Origin: Candidatus Latescibacterota bacterium
GTDB lineage: Bacteria > Latescibacterota > UBA2968 > GCA-2709665
Length of the DNA: 64,000 nucleotides
NCBI GenBank assembly: GCA_965208835.1
Contig: OZ242358.1
Span: 2,976,001-3,040,000, forward strand
Direction of reading: 5' to 3'
Shown here piece by piece: positions 61,934 through 64,000 of this stretch. The translations under genes were made by a program, and so were the position numbers. Each line of letters starts with the position of its first letter. The first letter of the stretch is position 1. The notes under the pieces were generated by a model. It did not search any database, was not told the DNA's origin, and worked only from the letters and a program-made list of their open reading frames with translations.

Positions 61934-62227
61934 TCACACTGGTTGCGGTTCGTACCGTTCGACCTCAATTTCGTGTTCACGCGCCTGCGCCTGCGCAACG
62001 TCGTACGCCGCCTGCAAGCGTATCCAGCCTTCAGTCGTCGAACCGAAGGCCTTGGCCAGCCGCACCGCCATTTCGCCAGAAATCCGCGAGTGGCAATTGA
62101 CCAGGTTTGACAGCCCCTGACGACTTACGCCCAGGACCTTTGCGCCTTCGGTAACGCTTAGCCCCAGTGGCTCAAGGCACGATACACGTACGACCTTCCC
62201 CGGATGCGGCGGATTTTTCATCGGCAT
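61934..62227 (-). CDS. higA: HigA-family antitoxin
   Basis: 'PPHPG', HTH 'LGVSRQ.LS', 'MA.RL.KAFG....W..LQ..YD'. Confidence 0.93.
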   Translation of the reverse strand: MPMKNPPHPGKVVRVSCLEPLGLSVTEGAKVLGVSRQGLSNLVNCHSRISGEMAVRLAKAFGSTTEGWIRLQAAYDVAQAQAREHEIEVERYEPQPV

Positions 62228-62243
62228 TAAGTTTCTCCTAAAT

Positions 62244-62522
62244 TCAGTGGTAGTCGATCAACTCCACATCGTATACGTCCCCGCCGTCGAAGCGAAAAAT
62301 GATGCGCCAGTTCGCTTTCACAGTGACGGACCAATATCCCTTCAACTCCCCTTTCAGGGCATGCAGCCTGTACCGCGGCAGGCGCATGGCTTCAGGTGAA
62401 CACGCGACATCGAGCTGGGCTAGAATGACTTCCACGCGGTCATGCAGATCGGTGCCGATTCGGCTGCGGTCGTCATGATCGTAGAATCGTCTGAGGCCCC
62501 GATGTCGAAAACTCCGTATCAT
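62244..62522 (-). CDS. higB: HigB (RelE-family) toxin
   Basis: 'MI.SFRH.GL', 'LH.LKG...G.WS..V..NWRI.FRF', terminal 'DYH'. Confidence 0.93.
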   Translation of the reverse strand: MIRSFRHRGLRRFYDHDDRSRIGTDLHDRVEVILAQLDVACSPEAMRLPRYRLHALKGELKGYWSVTVKANWRIIFRFDGGDVYDVELIDYH

Positions 62523-62528
62523 CCCTTA

Positions 62529-62557
62529 AATGTAAAGTGTCTATAGACACTTGTCAA
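62529..62557 (-). promoter_or_regulatory. higBA promoter with palindromic operator
   Basis: Minus strand TTGACA-17 nt-TACATT. A perfect 18-bp palindrome AAGTGTCTATAGACACTT (62535-62552) fills the spacer. Confidence 0.8.
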
Positions 62558-62629
62558 CAACAAGACAGGGTTGATTCTCCGTCAGCAATGAACGCGTGGC
62601 GCTTGCGGACGGCACTGACGCGTTCTGGT

Positions 62630-62853
62630 GTTTTCGCCATTCTGTCGACCTGAATTTCACGGCCGCACAATGCCAACCCGGGCGCCGTGTCCCGGTACAC
62701 CCACGCGAGGCAGTTGCCCAGATTCGTGAGCGCCTGACGACTTACGCACAGGCCACTTGTGGCTGTGGTGACAATTGGACCAAGTGGATCCGTGCAAGAT
62801 CCTCGTACCACCCTCCCCGGATGCGGCGGCGGATGCTTCTTCGGCATTGACAT
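62630..62853 (-). pseudogene. Degenerate, internally deleted higA copy
   Basis: 'MPKKHPPPHPGRVVRGSC.DPLG..VT...L.VSRQ.L.NL.NC' aligns with HigA, then skips to 'EI.V.R'. Confidence 0.75.
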
Positions 62854-63202
62854 TCCTCTATATTCAGACGATGACGGCCGGGCCGAAGTGGAATGGTCAG
62901 CCCCATTGAGTTAATTCACTTCCTGGCGTCCGGCCTGGATTTCAAGCGCTCATCGGTTATTTGTTCTCAGGCCATCGTATGAATTATTCGTAGAATATTG
63001 ATGAATAACATGACTTTTTCATGATATTTTCGACCGATCTACTTGAAATATACGATTTTTACATTAGATTTACCGTACAGAAGAACCGTATTGAAAACGA
63101 GCTGTTGTTCGCGGAACGCAATCAGACGCTCCCCCGGTGACCTGAACGTGCCGGGCCGCATATTGTGTCGTAAGGGTGTATTCGTCGCGAGGAGAGACGT
63201 AA

Positions 63203-64000
63203 ATGAAAAATCGAGCAGGAATTCTCCTGTGTATCCTTCGTCCAGGCCCGGTCGCTGCCCTGATCGGCGTGCTTGGGTCGATCGCGTTTCACGATCCCGC
63301 CCAGGGCGCCGGTTTCTACCTCGAATGCTCTACTACAGAGGTTCGCGAAGGCGACTCTTTTGAAGTCACCCTGGTGTACACGGGCACCCTCGGTTCAAGT
63401 CAATACATAGGCGCGGCCTGGCACACCGAGGCGGGTACGGCCGACTCCACCGACTACGTGCCCCAGGTTACAGAAATCATCTGGGGCAGCGTGGAAGATT
63501 CGAGGGACGGCCGTATAAACCGCACCTTCAACACCCGTGAAGACACCCTGATCGAGGGTAACGAGGCCTTCACGGTTTTCTTCACACCCACGAGCAACGT
63601 CGTGAACATGAACAACCCCGATCGGGACAACCGGTGTGAGATCACCATCATTGACGATGACCCCGGCATCATTGACGTCCGCATCGCCTCGACCCCGGCC
63701 AGGGACGAAACCTACGGAGTGGGCGAAACCATCAGGATCGGGGCGACCTTCAGCCGCGCGGTGGAGGTGGACGGCAATCCGGCACTTGGCCTCCAAGTCG
63801 GCAGCAACTGGAGGTCCGCCCGTTATCTCTGGGGTTCAGGCACCAGGAGACTGGCGTTCGGCTACACGGTGAGATCCGAGGACAGAGACGAGGACGGCGT
63901 CTCAATGGGCGGAGGCTACCAGGACAGCGAAGGCCAGTGGCACAACTTCATCAACCACACCGCGGTCACGGCCGTGGGAACCGACACCGTGGCCTACCGG
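63203..64000 (+). CDS. Large exported surface protein with Calx-beta and Ig-like modules, 3' truncated by window edge
   Basis: RBS GAGGAG; frame is open to the window end. Reads MKNRAGILL...'EVREGDS', 'GTADSTDY', 'EDTLIEGNEAFTV', 'ITIIDDD', 'TYGVGETI.I..TFS.AV.V.G.P.L.L.VG...R.A.Y..GSGT..L.F.YTV'. Confidence 0.8.
   Translation, partial: MKNRAGILLCILRPGPVAALIGVLGSIAFHDPAQGAGFYLECSTTEVREGDSFEVTLVYTGTLGSSQYIGAAWHTEAGTADSTDYVPQVTEIIWGSVEDSRDGRINRTFNTREDTLIEGNEAFTVFFTPTSNVVNMNNPDRDNRCEITIIDDDPGIIDVRIASTPARDETYGVGETIRIGATFSRAVEVDGNPALGLQVGSNWRSARYLWGSGTRRLAFGYTVRSEDRDEDGVSMGGGYQDSEGQWHNFINHTAVTAVGTDTVAYR

Noticed and set aside
57488-62853. Integrative element at tRNA-Asn
   Set aside because: Gene content is accessory-like, but no integrase or duplicated tRNA 3' end was found within the window.

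Overview
A 64-kb window from a GC-rich diderm bacterium. Gene content suggests an uncultured FCB-type lineage (Latescibacterota/Gemmatimonadota-like) with a host-associated signature; this is inference only. Layout: (1) 0-9 kb catabolic genes (DHDPS-family aldolase, LarA-like protein, tandem amidohydrolases, ATP-cone 2-phosphoglycerate-kinase-like protein, M24 peptidase, Gfo/Idh/MocA oxidoreductase, beta-helix protein). (2) ~9.2-21.8 kb lower-GC variable island of secreted and orphan genes: four FG-GAP-repeat paralogues, HEAT-like, TPR-like and coiled-coil proteins. They are interleaved with IS21 relics and with duplicated scaffold segments that are followed by different genes in each copy. 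(3) 22-32 kb Ldh_2 dehydrogenase, two sigma54 activators, a LutB-CCG fusion, LutC and an amine-dehydrogenase-family enzyme. (4) 32-38 kb Omp85-DUF4390-NtrY-NtrX-Omp85 operon. (5) 38.5-57.5 kb housekeeping block (ahcY, metK, ptsI, HPr, GGGP synthase, alaS, recX, recA, thpR, pgpA, pgsA, recR, ybaB, dnaX, large SRP RNA, 4 tRNAs, tadA). (6) After tRNA-Asn, an accessory block (DUF1801, HhH-repeat protein, CPA2 antiporter, Sel1 protein, HigBA plus a decayed higA, and a Calx-beta surface protein running off the end). No CRISPR array, rRNA or intact integrase/transposase was seen. The most novel-looking feature is the cassette-like architecture of the FG-GAP island.
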